This document shows, one piece after another, positions 45,510-55,538 of a stretch of DNA of 63,236 bases. A program made the position numbers and the translations under genes. Within the stretch, counting starts at the first letter, position 1, and each line of letters opens with the position of its first letter. The stretch comes from a virus (taxonomy: Duplodnaviria; Caudoviricetes), in IMG/VR virus record IMGVR_UViG_3300043399_000170, positions 1 to 63,236 of that record. One strand, written 5' to 3'. Under the pieces are notes generated by a model. It did no database searches. It was given only the letters and a program-made list of their open reading frames with translations, and was not told the origin of the DNA.

Positions 45510-46207
45510 CAGACATCCCAATTGCGAGCAGCAAGATAACGCTGGTAAATAATCCAGCCAGCACCGGCCAGAATGATGACCATGAGAAGCATCGAGAAAT
45601 CAATGCCGACAAGCGTCTCCTTGGCGTTGTTTACCGCATCCTTGGCGGCGGCAGTAACACCAGCAGCAGCAGTCACAGTAGCGGCGATGTTTGTTGTCGA
45701 GGTGATCATCGGCTTGCCTTTCGGCACATCAACTTCAGGACGGATCTCGTCCACCTTCGCAACGTCGTCCTTCTGGAACAGCGCGGCCTCAGCAGCACGG
45801 CGACGAACAAGACCCGGCAGCACCTTGCCGCCAGCCTTGTTCCACAGTGCAAAAGCCTCAGCAGCTTTGTCGAACTGCTTGGCGTTGCAGAAGCGAGCGA
45901 CAGAGCTTTTCTTGAAGTTTGCCCCGCCGATATTGTAGCAAAGCGAAACGCAAGCAGCGAACTGATTCGGGGTCAACTGGACCTTAATTGCATCCGAAAC
46001 AGACTTTTCATACTGAATCAAATCGCGCTTAAGGACAGCCTCGCCCTCTTCGCGAGTGCCAGTCATGCCAGCCTTGACTTCAGGAGCGCCAGCAGCAGAG
46101 GTGTGCCCGAAAAAAATCGTCCACACGCCTGCGGGGCATTTATATGCACGACCCCGAAAGCCTTCAAATTCTTTAATAAGCTCGATACCAGCCTTGTTGG
46201 TACGCAT
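45509..46207 (-). CDS. Endolysin, GH24 lysozyme with C-terminal membrane segment
   Basis: IK.FEG...AY.CPAGVWTI..GHT; YNIG; GL.RRR.AE. Confidence 0.92.
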   Translation of the reverse strand: MRTNKAGIELIKEFEGFRGRAYKCPAGVWTIFFGHTSAAGAPEVKAGMTGTREEGEAVLKRDLIQYEKSVSDAIKVQLTPNQFAACVSLCYNIGGANFKKSSVARFCNAKQFDKAAEAFALWNKAGGKVLPGLVRRRAAEAALFQKDDVAKVDEIRPEVDVPKGKPMITSTTNIAATVTAAAGVTAAAKDAVNNAKETLVGIDFSMLLMVIILAGAGWIIYQRYLAARNWDV

Positions 46208-46221
46208 GAAAAACCTCTTTA

Positions 46222-46620
46222 TTATGCGCCTTCAAGCGCAACAAATTCTTCCAACTCTACGCCGGAAGATTCCAAGAATCCGACCCACTGATCCGCAGTG
46301 AGTGTGGTCATTGTTTCTTCGTAGAAGCAGCCATTAGCGTCTACAACGCCGACAATAACGACAACGTCATTGTCCTTCTTTGCGTATGCAACGATAAATG
46401 CAGCCGCATCAATTTTCTGCTTACCGGCATTTGTCCGGTTGGTATTAAGAACTGCTTCCATCTTGGCCGTAGCGACGGACTTGGAGCCGTAGCTCTTAAT
46501 GCCCTTTGATGCGAACGTAGAGACGAACGTATCGATTGTGATGCACTGACCAGCCTTAGCGGGAACAGCAAAGATAAAAAGAGCTACCGAAAAGGTAGCG
46601 ATTACTTTCCAAATGGCCAC
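46222..46620 (-). CDS. Signal-peptide-bearing protein in the lysis module
   Basis: N-terminal hydrophobic stretch with AKA cleavage motif. Confidence 0.65.
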   Translation of the reverse strand: MAIWKVIATFSVALFIFAVPAKAGQCITIDTFVSTFASKGIKSYGSKSVATAKMEAVLNTNRTNAGKQKIDAAAFIVAYAKKDNDVVVIVGVVDANGCFYEETMTTLTADQWVGFLESSGVELEEFVALEGA

Positions 46621-46829
46621 GATGCCAATACCTTTGTTACGAACGAAGCGATAACAGCAGACGCACCGCCGACCATCATCAAAACCTTCCAGCCACCGCT
46701 TGCTTTATCAAGCGTTGCACGGATAGCCTTTACGTCATCCTTGACCTCAGCTACGTCTTTCTCAAGACGCTCGACCTGCACTTCCATACGGGCAACCGAA
46801 ATTTCGACTTTGTTGTCCATATCCATCAC
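46602..46829 (-). CDS. Small coiled-coil plus TM protein
   Basis: Heptads then GGWKVLMMVGG. Confidence 0.7.
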   Translation of the reverse strand: MMDMDNKVEISVARMEVQVERLEKDVAEVKDDVKAIRATLDKASGGWKVLMMVGGASAVIASFVTKVLASWPFGK

Positions 46830-47197
46830 CTGAACCTTGCCGTCTTTTTGGCGATCTTCTTTGGTTGAGGGACGAACTGTTTGCCAGCTTTTGTCCCGGC
46901 ACGTTTTGCACGGGTTGTCGCTGCGTATTCAGCCGACGACAGAGATTCGCGGGCCTTCTTGGGGAGATAGCGCTCCCCTGTCTTGCCAGAGGGCTTGCCG
47001 CTCTTCGTTCCCCAGTCTTCTTTCGTCCATTTTGTCATGGACTTCTGAGCCTTTGTTTTTGGCCCAGTATATCCGCCGCCACGATCCTTGTAGATCTTGC
47101 CAGCTAATTGCATTGAACGGGCAGAGTGTTTTCCGCCCATCTTTGCCTTTGCTTCGGTCTTGGCCTTGGACCACAATGCTTCGTTAGTGCGCCCCAT
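46826..47197 (-). CDS. Conserved basic phage protein (DUF5872-like)
   Basis: SAR.MQL...Y...GGGY...WT.E.W.TKSGK...ERYLP. Confidence 0.75.
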   Translation of the reverse strand: MGRTNEALWSKAKTEAKAKMGGKHSARSMQLAGKIYKDRGGGYTGPKTKAQKSMTKWTKEDWGTKSGKPSGKTGERYLPKKARESLSSAEYAATTRAKRAGTKAGKQFVPQPKKIAKKTARFR

Positions 47198-47198
47198 C

Positions 47199-47447
47199 CT
47201 AGCAGTCCCACGCTCGACGCGCTTTACGGAGGCGGCTATTGGGATCCTTAGCAGCCTTTGGCCACATCTTCATCTGACCAGCAGAGCGGGCGCAAAATGA
47301 ATTCTTGCGCGGACCACCTTCAGGCTGCGGAGGCTTGAGGCCCGGCTTTCCGGGGTTTGCTTTATTGTAAGAGGCGCGACCCTTGGCATTCAAACCGCCC
47401 TTCGGATTTTTGCCTTCCTTACGCTGCCAAGCTGGTGTTTTTGCCAT
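47199..47447 (-). CDS. Conserved basic phage protein (DUF6321-like)
   Basis: PAWQRKEGK...GGLN..GR...SFCAR...W.C. Confidence 0.75.
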   Translation of the reverse strand: MAKTPAWQRKEGKNPKGGLNAKGRASYNKANPGKPGLKPPQPEGGPRKNSFCARSAGQMKMWPKAAKDPNSRLRKARRAWDC

Positions 47448-48184
47448 TATGCGTCATTCTTCACAAGAATGCCCTCAAGCTGAATAGAGCCCGGAGCGGC
47501 GTTTGATTGCTTTAACTGCCACTGAACATCAGTCTTCTCAACATATGCTCGCGGCACAATTCGTGTTGAGGAGTACGCCTGAGTAAAGGGCGCAGACAGG
47601 ACAATAAGAGGTGTTGTTACGCCATTGACAATCGTCTGCGAATAAACGCGATACGTACAATGCTGTGCGCCATTGTTGGTCGTAAACGCCTGAGAACGAG
47701 TCAGAAAGAACGTGTAGCCAGCAGGCACAGTGTAAATAGACGCCTGACTGCGGCCCGTGCCAGCGTTGATCTGCGCGTAGACTGTACCGCTATTCGCCGC
47801 CGTCAGCGTCCCAACTGTCGTGCCGGAAACAACCTGCATCGCGTTGATGCGGAAGAAAGAGGACGTACCAGACGTAACAGTGCCGGTTGTTGAATTCGAG
47901 AACGTGACCGTTGCGTTCTTGATCTGGTAATTTTCATCAAGCCCGAAAACACGAACCGTACATGTTTCGCTTGAAGAACTAGAAAAAGTCATCGCCAGTG
48001 AAGACGACGGGAACACATAATTCGTATCGTTCGACTTTTCCCACACGGCACGAAAATCAGTACCATGGAGGGCATTGTAGCCCTGAACATTCACATTTGA
48101 ATGCCAAGCAACCTGACCGCGCTCAATCTGAAGCTCAAATGGCTCTGTCTTGCCGTAGCGGGAAATAGAGGCGATCTCAGACAT
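47447..48184 (-). CDS. Virion structural protein
   Basis: FELQ..RG; GLD.NY; YTVPAG; EKTD. Confidence 0.7.
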   Translation of the reverse strand: MSEIASISRYGKTEPFELQIERGQVAWHSNVNVQGYNALHGTDFRAVWEKSNDTNYVFPSSSLAMTFSSSSSETCTVRVFGLDENYQIKNATVTFSNSTTGTVTSGTSSFFRINAMQVVSGTTVGTLTAANSGTVYAQINAGTGRSQASIYTVPAGYTFFLTRSQAFTTNNGAQHCTYRVYSQTIVNGVTTPLIVLSAPFTQAYSSTRIVPRAYVEKTDVQWQLKQSNAAPGSIQLEGILVKNDA

Positions 48185-48193
48185 AACGCCTCC

Positions 48194-48475
48194 TTAGCCG
48201 TAGATTACTGTCACGGAGGCCACATTTGTGAGCGCGGCATACACATTCGAAGAGCAAAGGATGCCATCACCGGGGATGACAATGTTGCCGTAGGCATTCG
48301 CAGCCGTGGCTACAGAGAGGACCGTTGTGCCGCCTGAGCCGCCATCCTTGATGATGATTGTGCCGGGGCTGGAATTTGCAAGATAATGAAGACCGCGAAC
48401 GCGAGCGGGGCCACCAACAACCGTATTGCTGGACGTAGCCACATTCGACTTAACGTCACCGAGATAAAGAGCCAT
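48194..48475 (-). CDS. Small virion protein
   Basis: GGAGG RBS; R..G...IPGDGI. Confidence 0.7.
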   Translation of the reverse strand: MALYLGDVKSNVATSSNTVVGGPARVRGLHYLANSSPGTIIIKDGGSGGTTVLSVATAANAYGNIVIPGDGILCSSNVYAALTNVASVTVIYG

Positions 48476-48492
48476 TCTGCCCTCCAGATATT

Positions 48493-48516
48493 AAAAGGCG
48501 GGGCCGAAGCCCCACC
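48493..48516 (-). terminator. Intrinsic terminator
   Basis: GGTGGGGC-TTCG-GCCCCGCC-TTTT. Confidence 0.85.
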
Positions 48517-48518
48517 GA

Positions 48519-48713
48519 TTACGTGGCAGACAGAGCGCCTGCTGTGTCAACGCGCAGCCAAGCTGTGCCGTTGGAGAAGGCAATGATCGGAGCGCCATTG
48601 CGGCCATTGCTCACATAGATCATACCGCCAGTGCTGAGAGCAGCATCCGGAACGGTAGCAACGGTGAACGTGTCGGAGACCTTTACGGGGCCGGAGAAGG
48701 TGGTATTAGCCAT
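48519..48713 (-). CDS. Putative capsid decoration protein
   Basis: MANTTFSGPV start after GAGGA. Confidence 0.7.
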   Translation of the reverse strand: MANTTFSGPVKVSDTFTVATVPDAALSTGGMIYVSNGRNGAPIIAFSNGTAWLRVDTAGALSAT

Positions 48714-48833
48714 TGTAGTATCCTCGCAGGATGTAGCTTCGGAGTCTCTGCGAGCGTCAGCCGGGACTGTCTCACGAAGCCGGGGAAACCCGGTCGCCAC
48801 AATTTGTGGGATATCTAGATTTTAGCATAAATG

Positions 48834-48854
48834 AAAAGCCCGCCGAAGCGGGCT
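48834..48854 (-). terminator. Intrinsic terminator
   Basis: AGCCCGC-TTCG-GCGGGCT-TTT. Confidence 0.75.
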
Positions 48855-49485
48855 AGATCTGCGTGTTGTGGTCCCAAATTCTGGGTCTGCGGTTGTTTTC
48901 TGTGGCTGGTATTGCTCTTAGATTCCACGGCACATGAAGTCCAGAGACTGTCTTTCCAGCGAGAGGCACTATGTGATCCACTTCGTGGCGTATTCCGGTT
49001 TCTTGGGTTAAGCGCTCGGCCTCTGAATATATTGCTTTAATTGCGTCAATTTGTTCTTTTGTTAGCCAATTAGGTGTGGCGCTACGCTCTTTGGCTCTAC
49101 GCTTTGCTTTGTGACTATTCGAAACGGCGCGATTATTTTTTACCCATTCGCGGTCATAACTGCGCTTTTTGTCTTTGTTTTGTGCCGCCCATTCTTTTGT
49201 GCGTTTGCGGGATTTTTCTTTATTTTCTTCTCTTTCGAAATATGCCCGAACTTTTTCTTGATTTTGATCTGCCCACTTTGCGGCGCGAGCTATATATTTT
49301 GATTTATTTCTTTGGTACTCTTCACGCTTCCATCTTTTCTTGTCTTCATCAGTCGCGGTTCCGGGTGACTTTCTTTTTTGATAAAGCGGATCTCCATGGC
49401 GAAGAAGGCGGAGATAATGCTTGTTGCAAAGATCTTTATTCCTTACGCAGCAACCACACCCATCAATTTTGCAAATCTTTTCCAT
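48853..49485 (-). CDS. HNH homing endonuclease (same type as 2973-3473)
   Basis: ATPNWL...HEVDHIVPL.G..VSGLHVPWNL..PA.EN; AT-rich. Confidence 0.9.
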   Translation of the reverse strand: MEKICKIDGCGCCVRNKDLCNKHYLRLLRHGDPLYQKRKSPGTATDEDKKRWKREEYQRNKSKYIARAAKWADQNQEKVRAYFEREENKEKSRKRTKEWAAQNKDKKRSYDREWVKNNRAVSNSHKAKRRAKERSATPNWLTKEQIDAIKAIYSEAERLTQETGIRHEVDHIVPLAGKTVSGLHVPWNLRAIPATENNRRPRIWDHNTQI

Positions 49486-49501
49486 TGCCTATACATAAAA
49501 C

Positions 49502-49530
49502 AAAAAGGCCCGGGTCGCAAGACCCGAGCC
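49502..49530 (-). terminator. Intrinsic terminator after the major capsid gene
   Basis: GGCTCGGGTC-TTGC-GACCCGGGCC-TTTTT. Confidence 0.9.
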
Positions 49531-49552
49531 AATATTTTTTTGTTTGAGAGAA

Positions 49553-50464
49553 TTAAGCGCCCGGGCTGCCCCAGATACCGAGTGGATCACTCACGCCAAA
49601 CGAATATCGTTCCCTGCTCTTATACCTCACGTTGCCCGTATCAAAATCTCCATCCATAGAAGTAGACAGCGGAGTACGGACGAAGTGCTTCATGCCGTTC
49701 GGAACATCCGTGATCAGGTAATACGAATCGGTGTCGGTCAGGTAGTGGTTGACCGAGTAGCCTTCCGGAATCGTACCGTTGTTCTTGATCGCGTTGATGT
49801 CGTTGTCGGCGGTCGCTGTGCGGAGTTCAGTCTCCAGCAGGCGAGTAGCAACGAACATCAGGTTCGGCGGAACGATCAGCTTGCGCGGACGGGCCGCGAT
49901 GAGCAGACCGCGCTCGTCCTTCCAGCCAGCGATCTGAATAACGGCAGCCTCAAGCGAGGTTTCGTTCAGATCAGCCGGTGTTGACTGCGTGTTGCTGTTT
50001 GTGCCGCCAGAGACGAGCGGATGGGCTGTGTTAAACAGCGTAACGCCGTCGCCAGACACGAACGAGCCACCAGAGAAGCCGTTGTTCAGCGGATAAGCCG
50101 CCTTAACCTGCTTCGTGTAGGCCATCGAGCGAGCGAGGGCCTTGGTGTAACGCGAGGACAGAGAGTCGTACAGGTTATCTTCCATCGCCTCTTCGGTGAT
50201 GGAGAAGCCCATAGCGATGGTTTCGTGGTTGTAACGAGCCGTCCAAACTTCCTGAGCGTTGTCATACGCAATGGCAGAGCCTTCGGCCTTAACCGGGGCA
50301 GTGCCGAAGCCAGACAGCTTCAGTTCTTCTTCAAACGAGCGCTCCGAGGTTTCAGTCTCGTAGATCGCCTCATGCTCATTCTCATATTTCTTGTACTCAA
50401 GACCGAACAGGGCGTTCAAACCCGGAAGCAGTTCCTTGAGAAGCTGTGCGCGTGAAATAGCCAT
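49553..50464 (-). CDS. Major capsid protein
   Basis: MAISRAQLLKELLPGLNALFGLEY...DFDTGN.RYK.RERYSFG; strongly biased codons; terminator follows. Confidence 0.9.
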   Translation of the reverse strand: MAISRAQLLKELLPGLNALFGLEYKKYENEHEAIYETETSERSFEEELKLSGFGTAPVKAEGSAIAYDNAQEVWTARYNHETIAMGFSITEEAMEDNLYDSLSSRYTKALARSMAYTKQVKAAYPLNNGFSGGSFVSGDGVTLFNTAHPLVSGGTNSNTQSTPADLNETSLEAAVIQIAGWKDERGLLIAARPRKLIVPPNLMFVATRLLETELRTATADNDINAIKNNGTIPEGYSVNHYLTDTDSYYLITDVPNGMKHFVRTPLSTSMDGDFDTGNVRYKSRERYSFGVSDPLGIWGSPGA

Positions 50465-50480
50465 TTCTTGTATTCTCCTA

Positions 50481-51113
50481 TTACACGCCGGTCGGGTTCA
50501 TGTACGAATGACCATAAGTCATCGTAACCGCCACGTTCGCGTCATTCGACACGGCGGCAGGCATGTTCCACTTCACGAGAAGGTCCGTGTAAGCATCACC
50601 GACCTGAGAGTCGGGGCCATCCACGAAACCAACGATGCGCAACGGCAGTGTGGCTGTGGTGTTAATAGACGCTGCATCAGCAGACGTCTCAGAGTTACCA
50701 GTGGCTGTGTCACCAGCGAAGGTGCTGAAGCCAATGTTGGCACCGAGAGCGGTCTGAGCAACGGCATCGTCAGCCTGAATCTGCATCACCACATCCGGAT
50801 CATCGACCACATACGCATAAGCGTCAGTGGCGACTGTGCCGGTGGGCCAGTTCTGCCTGAAGAGCTTGTACTTGAGATTCGGGTCCGTGTACGTGCAACC
50901 GACGAAAACGCCAACAACGCCTGTAGCGGCCACATTAGATGTGCCGGTATCAGCGATGACAACGCCCGAAGTGTTGATGGACACGGGCTGACCGTAGAAG
51001 ATGTTGGAGCCATACGCATTGGCAATCTTTACCAGACGGGTCGAACCAGCATAGGGCTGACCGCCGATAAGATTGACAGGGCGCAGACCATACGGGGTAG
51101 CCGTAGAAGCCAT
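50481..51113 (-). CDS. Minor capsid / cement protein
   Basis: PYGL.P...GVF.GC.YTDP...DDP...Q; directly before the MCP. Confidence 0.7.
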   Translation of the reverse strand: MASTATPYGLRPVNLIGGQPYAGSTRLVKIANAYGSNIFYGQPVSINTSGVVIADTGTSNVAATGVVGVFVGCTYTDPNLKYKLFRQNWPTGTVATDAYAYVVDDPDVVMQIQADDAVAQTALGANIGFSTFAGDTATGNSETSADAASINTTATLPLRIVGFVDGPDSQVGDAYTDLLVKWNMPAAVSNDANVAVTMTYGHSYMNPTGV

Positions 51114-51141
51114 GTTTTTCTTACCTCATTGTGAGGCGAGG

Positions 51142-51594
51142 TTAACCCCGCCCCTTGCCAAAAGTTACCCGCGTAGAGATCTCTGGTTTCGACAGAGGCA
51201 TGCGCGGATCGTTTTCACGCATGAAGTTGTTTTCCACGGAAGTCATCTGGTTCGACGCATGCTGACGATAATATTCGTCGCGTTCTGACATTGTTTCTTC
51301 CGGGGCCTTACACAGGAGAAGGCCACCAACTTCAATGTTGTCCTTAAAGTCCGACTTGCGGTCACGAAGGACGGTAATCTCGGGATGTTCCTCAGCCTTC
51401 ACAGGCTCCCAGCCCTGACGGAACTTCGACGAAACATTCGTGTTATCAGAATTATTCAGCGTCGATGTACGAATCCAGCGATAGCGCCAGCCGTCCGTCT
51501 TGTTGGGTTCGGGAAGCACAGTAGGCGGAGCCCAAGACTTCTTGCGCGAAGATGCTTCGCGGGTTTCGCTTTCGCGAGGTGTGCGCTTATCCAT
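51142..51594 (-). CDS. Conserved head-module protein
   Basis: W.PP..LP...RWIR...GWEPV...GGLLLCK. Confidence 0.75.
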   Translation of the reverse strand: MDKRTPRESETREASSRKKSWAPPTVLPEPNKTDGWRYRWIRTSTLNNSDNTNVSSKFRQGWEPVKAEEHPEITVLRDRKSDFKDNIEVGGLLLCKAPEETMSERDEYYRQHASNQMTSVENNFMRENDPRMPLSKPEISTRVTFGKGRG

Positions 51595-52546
51595 TCATGG
51601 ACCTCAATTTCTCGGCAGCGTACTGCTCGATGGACAATCCGAGGCGCTTAGCGATGGCGACCTCAGAGGCGGACAACTGAACCTTGCGTGGCGGTGTTGT
51701 ATTTCTTTTTACTGGAGCTACCACGACGCTCTGCTTCTGCTGAGGGGCTTTGTTGTCCTCGAAATCCTCTTCAGAAGCCAAATGCGGATACCGTTTCCGG
51801 ATCTCGCCATCGAGCTTCTCCCAATACTCATCCGTCTTGGGATCGACCCGATCAAAAACAACCAACCTGTCATGAACGTGCCGGGCGAAGTCAGTCATCT
51901 CCCGATCACGGCCAAACCAAGTATTCTTCCGCGCCCACGAAACAGTCTTCGCATCGGGCTTCGGAGGAGGCGTCTGAGGTACGTACTGCGGCTGCTCCGG
52001 CTCAGATGGTTCTTCAATCTGTACCGGGCGGAAGTTCTTTACCTTATCCGCCTCAAGTGTGAGACGCGCAATCGACTTGTGCGCCTCAATCTGCTTGTCA
52101 ACGTCGCCCATTTCGACGGCCTCTTTGAGGAGGCGCTGGGCGACCTGAAGTTCGCTCTGGACCCGAGTCTCCATCTGATCGGCAATAAGAGCCTGACCAG
52201 ACTGAAGCGCACGGCGAAGCTGGGCGTTTTCCTGATCCCTACGCTTTACGTAGTCCACCAGAGCCTGCTGCTGCCTAGCCAACTCTTCCTTCGCACGGCG
52301 CTCCTCATGGAACTCGTACTTGAGCTTGCTAATGCGCTTCTTGACCTTGTCGCTGTACTGGACAACCTCGTCATCCGCAGGGATGTCGGGCTCGCCAGTA
52401 CGACGGGGCCTATTCTTGTCTTCAGGCGGGGTGTCGTCGATCACCTCGACCTGAAGATCTGTCTCCTTACCGGCACTCTCGTCCGGTTCAGGAGTACCGA
52501 CAGCCTCGACGGGGCTATCGATCTCAATTTCTGTTTCGTCGCTCAT
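51587..52546 (-). CDS. Capsid scaffolding protein (putative)
   Basis: Acidic N-terminus DDTP..D..R, coiled coil, W...N.WFG, C-terminal A..LG....YA. Confidence 0.75.
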   Translation of the reverse strand: MSDETEIEIDSPVEAVGTPEPDESAGKETDLQVEVIDDTPPEDKNRPRRTGEPDIPADDEVVQYSDKVKKRISKLKYEFHEERRAKEELARQQQALVDYVKRRDQENAQLRRALQSGQALIADQMETRVQSELQVAQRLLKEAVEMGDVDKQIEAHKSIARLTLEADKVKNFRPVQIEEPSEPEQPQYVPQTPPPKPDAKTVSWARKNTWFGRDREMTDFARHVHDRLVVFDRVDPKTDEYWEKLDGEIRKRYPHLASEEDFEDNKAPQQKQSVVVAPVKRNTTPPRKVQLSASEVAIAKRLGLSIEQYAAEKLRSMNG

Positions 52547-52908
52547 ACCCGCTCGATCCCATCAGGGTTTGACAATGTCGCCTCAACAACGTCATCGTTG
52601 ATCAGGCGAAACTCCTTACCGCCAATCTTGAATCGGGTGCCAGAATAAGCCCGGAACATCACCCAATCCCCTTCTCGGCAATACGGCCCCGCTGGGAAGC
52701 GGTCGGGGTCCATATAACAATCAGACCCCATAATGAGGACTTGGCCGATGATACTGGCCGTTTCCTCTTTAGACTTAATAACATCAGGGCGAATGATACC
52801 GCCCTTCGTCTTTTCTTCCACCTCGGGAACCGCGATAAGAATCCGGTAACCCTTCGGCGCAGGCAACTTGTCAAGAATGTCTTTCGACAGCTTGCTTTCA
52901 GCGTACAT
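52543..52908 (-). CDS. groES: GroES-like co-chaperonin
   Basis: P.GYRIL...EKTKGGII...GDWV.F..YSGT...RLINDD. Confidence 0.85.
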   Translation of the reverse strand: MYAESKLSKDILDKLPAPKGYRILIAVPEVEEKTKGGIIRPDVIKSKEETASIIGQVLIMGSDCYMDPDRFPAGPYCREGDWVMFRAYSGTRFKIGGKEFRLINDDVVEATLSNPDGIERV

Positions 52909-52996
52909 GCGTATCCCTACGTGTTTTGCGCCTTGCGGCGAGTTGCGTCTTGTGGACGTAACCTAATGATACAGCACAACAATAACATACCCAAAA

Positions 52997-53182
52997 TCAG
53001 TCAGCTTCGCGCTGACGTTCTTCTAGGTCGATGATATCGCGTTCCACCATTGCAAGCCCGGCAACAATGCCAGTCAAGTACTTATAATCGGGGAAATCCT
53101 TGGCAGAACCGAGCGCAATGTCGTCCGCCAATTCATTCATTTTATTGCGAATTTTCTTTCGAATAAGTTCAAGCTCAGTCAT
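52997..53182 (-). CDS. Small conserved protein after the portal
   Basis: G...DF..Y....G...GL. Confidence 0.7.
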   Translation of the reverse strand: MTELELIRKKIRNKMNELADDIALGSAKDFPDYKYLTGIVAGLAMVERDIIDLEERQREAD

Positions 53183-55530
53183 CAGAACACTTCCCTAGCA
53201 AGCGGGCTAGTCTCACCGACCACTTTAGCCGCTTCAAGCGCGATTTTGTCCTGCTTGTATTGGGCGTCTGCTTGCGTTTGAGCGGCCTTAACTTTAACTG
53301 CCTCTTCCTTGATACGAAGCTCTTCACGCTGCATCACCGTCAAAGGATCATTATCTTGCTGCTGTTGCTTGGCCATAGCCTGCTCCTGATTGTGCTGCTG
53401 GAGAAGACGATCAGCAGCGACGGAGGCCAGCTTGGCGACATCATTCTCGATATCAGGCGGGAGCGGCTGACCCTGCTGCGGCAGGCTGACACCAAGCTTC
53501 AACTCAAGCTGACGACGATAAGAGTAAGCGAAGTGTTCGGCAAGATGCTGCTGCATAGCGCCGGAGAATGCCTGCGCGTTAGGATTCTGCGACATGAACT
53601 GCTGGTAGACAGGGTCCTGCATGAACGCAGTATGGACCTTAATGTGGGCATCGTGGTCCTGCTCCGGAAACACCGTGATTGGCTTGCCGGTCATGACAGT
53701 CATGTTCTCGGTGACCGGATCCATAGAAACCGGCTGCTGCTGCGACTGGATGATCAGATCAACATTCTGAACATTCAGCGCGTGAAGCATCTGGCGATGC
53801 AATACTTCCATGTTATACATATTCGGCGGCGCATTCTGAGCAAGCTGCATCGCAGCTTGGTACTGCATGACCTTTTGGGCCATCGTGGCGGCGTTGGGGT
53901 CGGAAACAGGGATAATGTCAACCCGATCATCGAAGTCCTCCTGCCTGCTGTGCTGCTGCTGGTCGTCCTCCGCCGTCACGTACTCGTAATCAGGCCCCAT
54001 GTACTCCTTGATCACATCCGCAATAAGCTGGAACTCACGGCTCAACGAATCGTGAACGCGAGCCTGAACAGCAGACATCACCTTCATCGAACGCTCAAGA
54101 AGGGCGAGGGTTGTGCCGACAGGAGCTTCGGGGTTTGCGTCACCAACGTCCATTTCTGCAATGGAGCCAATGCGGCGACCTTCGTCAACGAGATTGCCGA
54201 GAAGCTGGTAAAGAACGCTCGACGGCTCCTTGTACGGCAGGAAGGTAATCGAATCGCGGATCGAGCCAGAGGCAACGTCTACGTCTCTGAACTCACCCGG
54301 CATGATCGGGTTGTCGTCGCCCTTGATCCGGAGTCCGCGTGCTTTAAGTCCGCCGGGCAAGTTTGAAAGAGTGCCAGCGTCAACGAGCTGACGTAGGATT
54401 GAGGTAGCGCTCTTAGCGATGCCCCCAATGAGGTGGATAAGGCCCGTGCCGTAGAAACCAAGGCCCGGCAGATACTGGTAGTGAACAAAATACTGACGCT
54501 TCTCAAAATTAGAATCGCCCTCTCGCCAGTTCCGGCGGATAGCCAAAATCTGACGGCTTGACTTCTCAATGGTTACTACATACGGCAACTCAATGCCGTC
54601 TTCATTTTCAAACCCCGGAAGATCCAGATCGACGCACATCTCAAGGATGGTGTGCCGGTTGTCATCCGAGAATGAAGGAGTCTCGCCCTTTACCTTGTCG
54701 TACTTCTTCTGCAAGGTGGAGTAATCGGGAGACGGGGTTGGAACGTCAATATCCCGATAGAAACCACTCACCTGTAATTTCCGAAGTTCATTCGGGTACA
54801 TGCGCGTAACGTGGGTGTAACGCGGGCAAGCGGCGAGATCTGTGGTGCCATAAGCGACAACGAAATCCTCGGCAGGCACAAACACGGCTGCGGGGCGATC
54901 CGTCATCTGATCGTAGTAAACTTTGCGGAATGCAGACCCGGCAAGCGGAAGCCGGAAAAGAAGCTGCTCTGTCTCGGAACGGTAGTCACGCATCTTCTCC
55001 GTGACCACGTAATTCATCTCTTCCTGAACGCGGTGAGCCTGCTTCAGGAGTTCCTCATTGGCCTTGCCGACAATCTTGGTGCGGACGGGGCCGGAAGACG
55101 GAAACACCTCCATGATGGTCTGCGCCTGAAAGCGAATGACCGCCTCAGTGAGGACTGGATGGTAAACGCCGCAGGCACCCGGCCACGGCATGGTGCGCTC
55201 TTCAATCTTGAGGCCAAGCAAATCAAGCCCCTGAAGATACGCCTTCTCCCAATCCGCACGGGTGTCAACGTCCTCCTCAAACGAAGAAATCAAATCCTCG
55301 GCCAGCATCGCGAGTTCACGCTCGTCAATCACCTCAGCAAGGTTAGCGGCATGCTCATCCGGCGGAGCCAGATCTTCGTCGGGGCTTCCAAAATTAACCT
55401 CGACACCCCCGTCTTCCATCTCGGTGACGTTCGGCCCAAGCTCATCAGGCACGATTTCGATATCAATCGGCGGGGTTTCGGGGGAAATTGGAATGTTTTG
55501 CTCAATCATGGCGTGTCTTTCTCTTTCCAC
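53182..55530 (-). CDS. Portal protein
   Basis: PW.GAC.V.HP, LPL.GS.F.KVY, PG.GFYG.G..H, LPYKEPS; follows TerL. Confidence 0.88.
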   Translation of the reverse strand: MERERHAMIEQNIPISPETPPIDIEIVPDELGPNVTEMEDGGVEVNFGSPDEDLAPPDEHAANLAEVIDERELAMLAEDLISSFEEDVDTRADWEKAYLQGLDLLGLKIEERTMPWPGACGVYHPVLTEAVIRFQAQTIMEVFPSSGPVRTKIVGKANEELLKQAHRVQEEMNYVVTEKMRDYRSETEQLLFRLPLAGSAFRKVYYDQMTDRPAAVFVPAEDFVVAYGTTDLAACPRYTHVTRMYPNELRKLQVSGFYRDIDVPTPSPDYSTLQKKYDKVKGETPSFSDDNRHTILEMCVDLDLPGFENEDGIELPYVVTIEKSSRQILAIRRNWREGDSNFEKRQYFVHYQYLPGLGFYGTGLIHLIGGIAKSATSILRQLVDAGTLSNLPGGLKARGLRIKGDDNPIMPGEFRDVDVASGSIRDSITFLPYKEPSSVLYQLLGNLVDEGRRIGSIAEMDVGDANPEAPVGTTLALLERSMKVMSAVQARVHDSLSREFQLIADVIKEYMGPDYEYVTAEDDQQQHSRQEDFDDRVDIIPVSDPNAATMAQKVMQYQAAMQLAQNAPPNMYNMEVLHRQMLHALNVQNVDLIIQSQQQPVSMDPVTENMTVMTGKPITVFPEQDHDAHIKVHTAFMQDPVYQQFMSQNPNAQAFSGAMQQHLAEHFAYSYRRQLELKLGVSLPQQGQPLPPDIENDVAKLASVAADRLLQQHNQEQAMAKQQQQDNDPLTVMQREELRIKEEAVKVKAAQTQADAQYKQDKIALEAAKVVGETSPLAREVF

Positions 55531-55538
55531 CCATTATA

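Noticed and set aside
52910-52975. Two small hairpins (one with a GCAA tetraloop) upstream of groES
   Set aside because: Too short to support an RNA call from sequence alone
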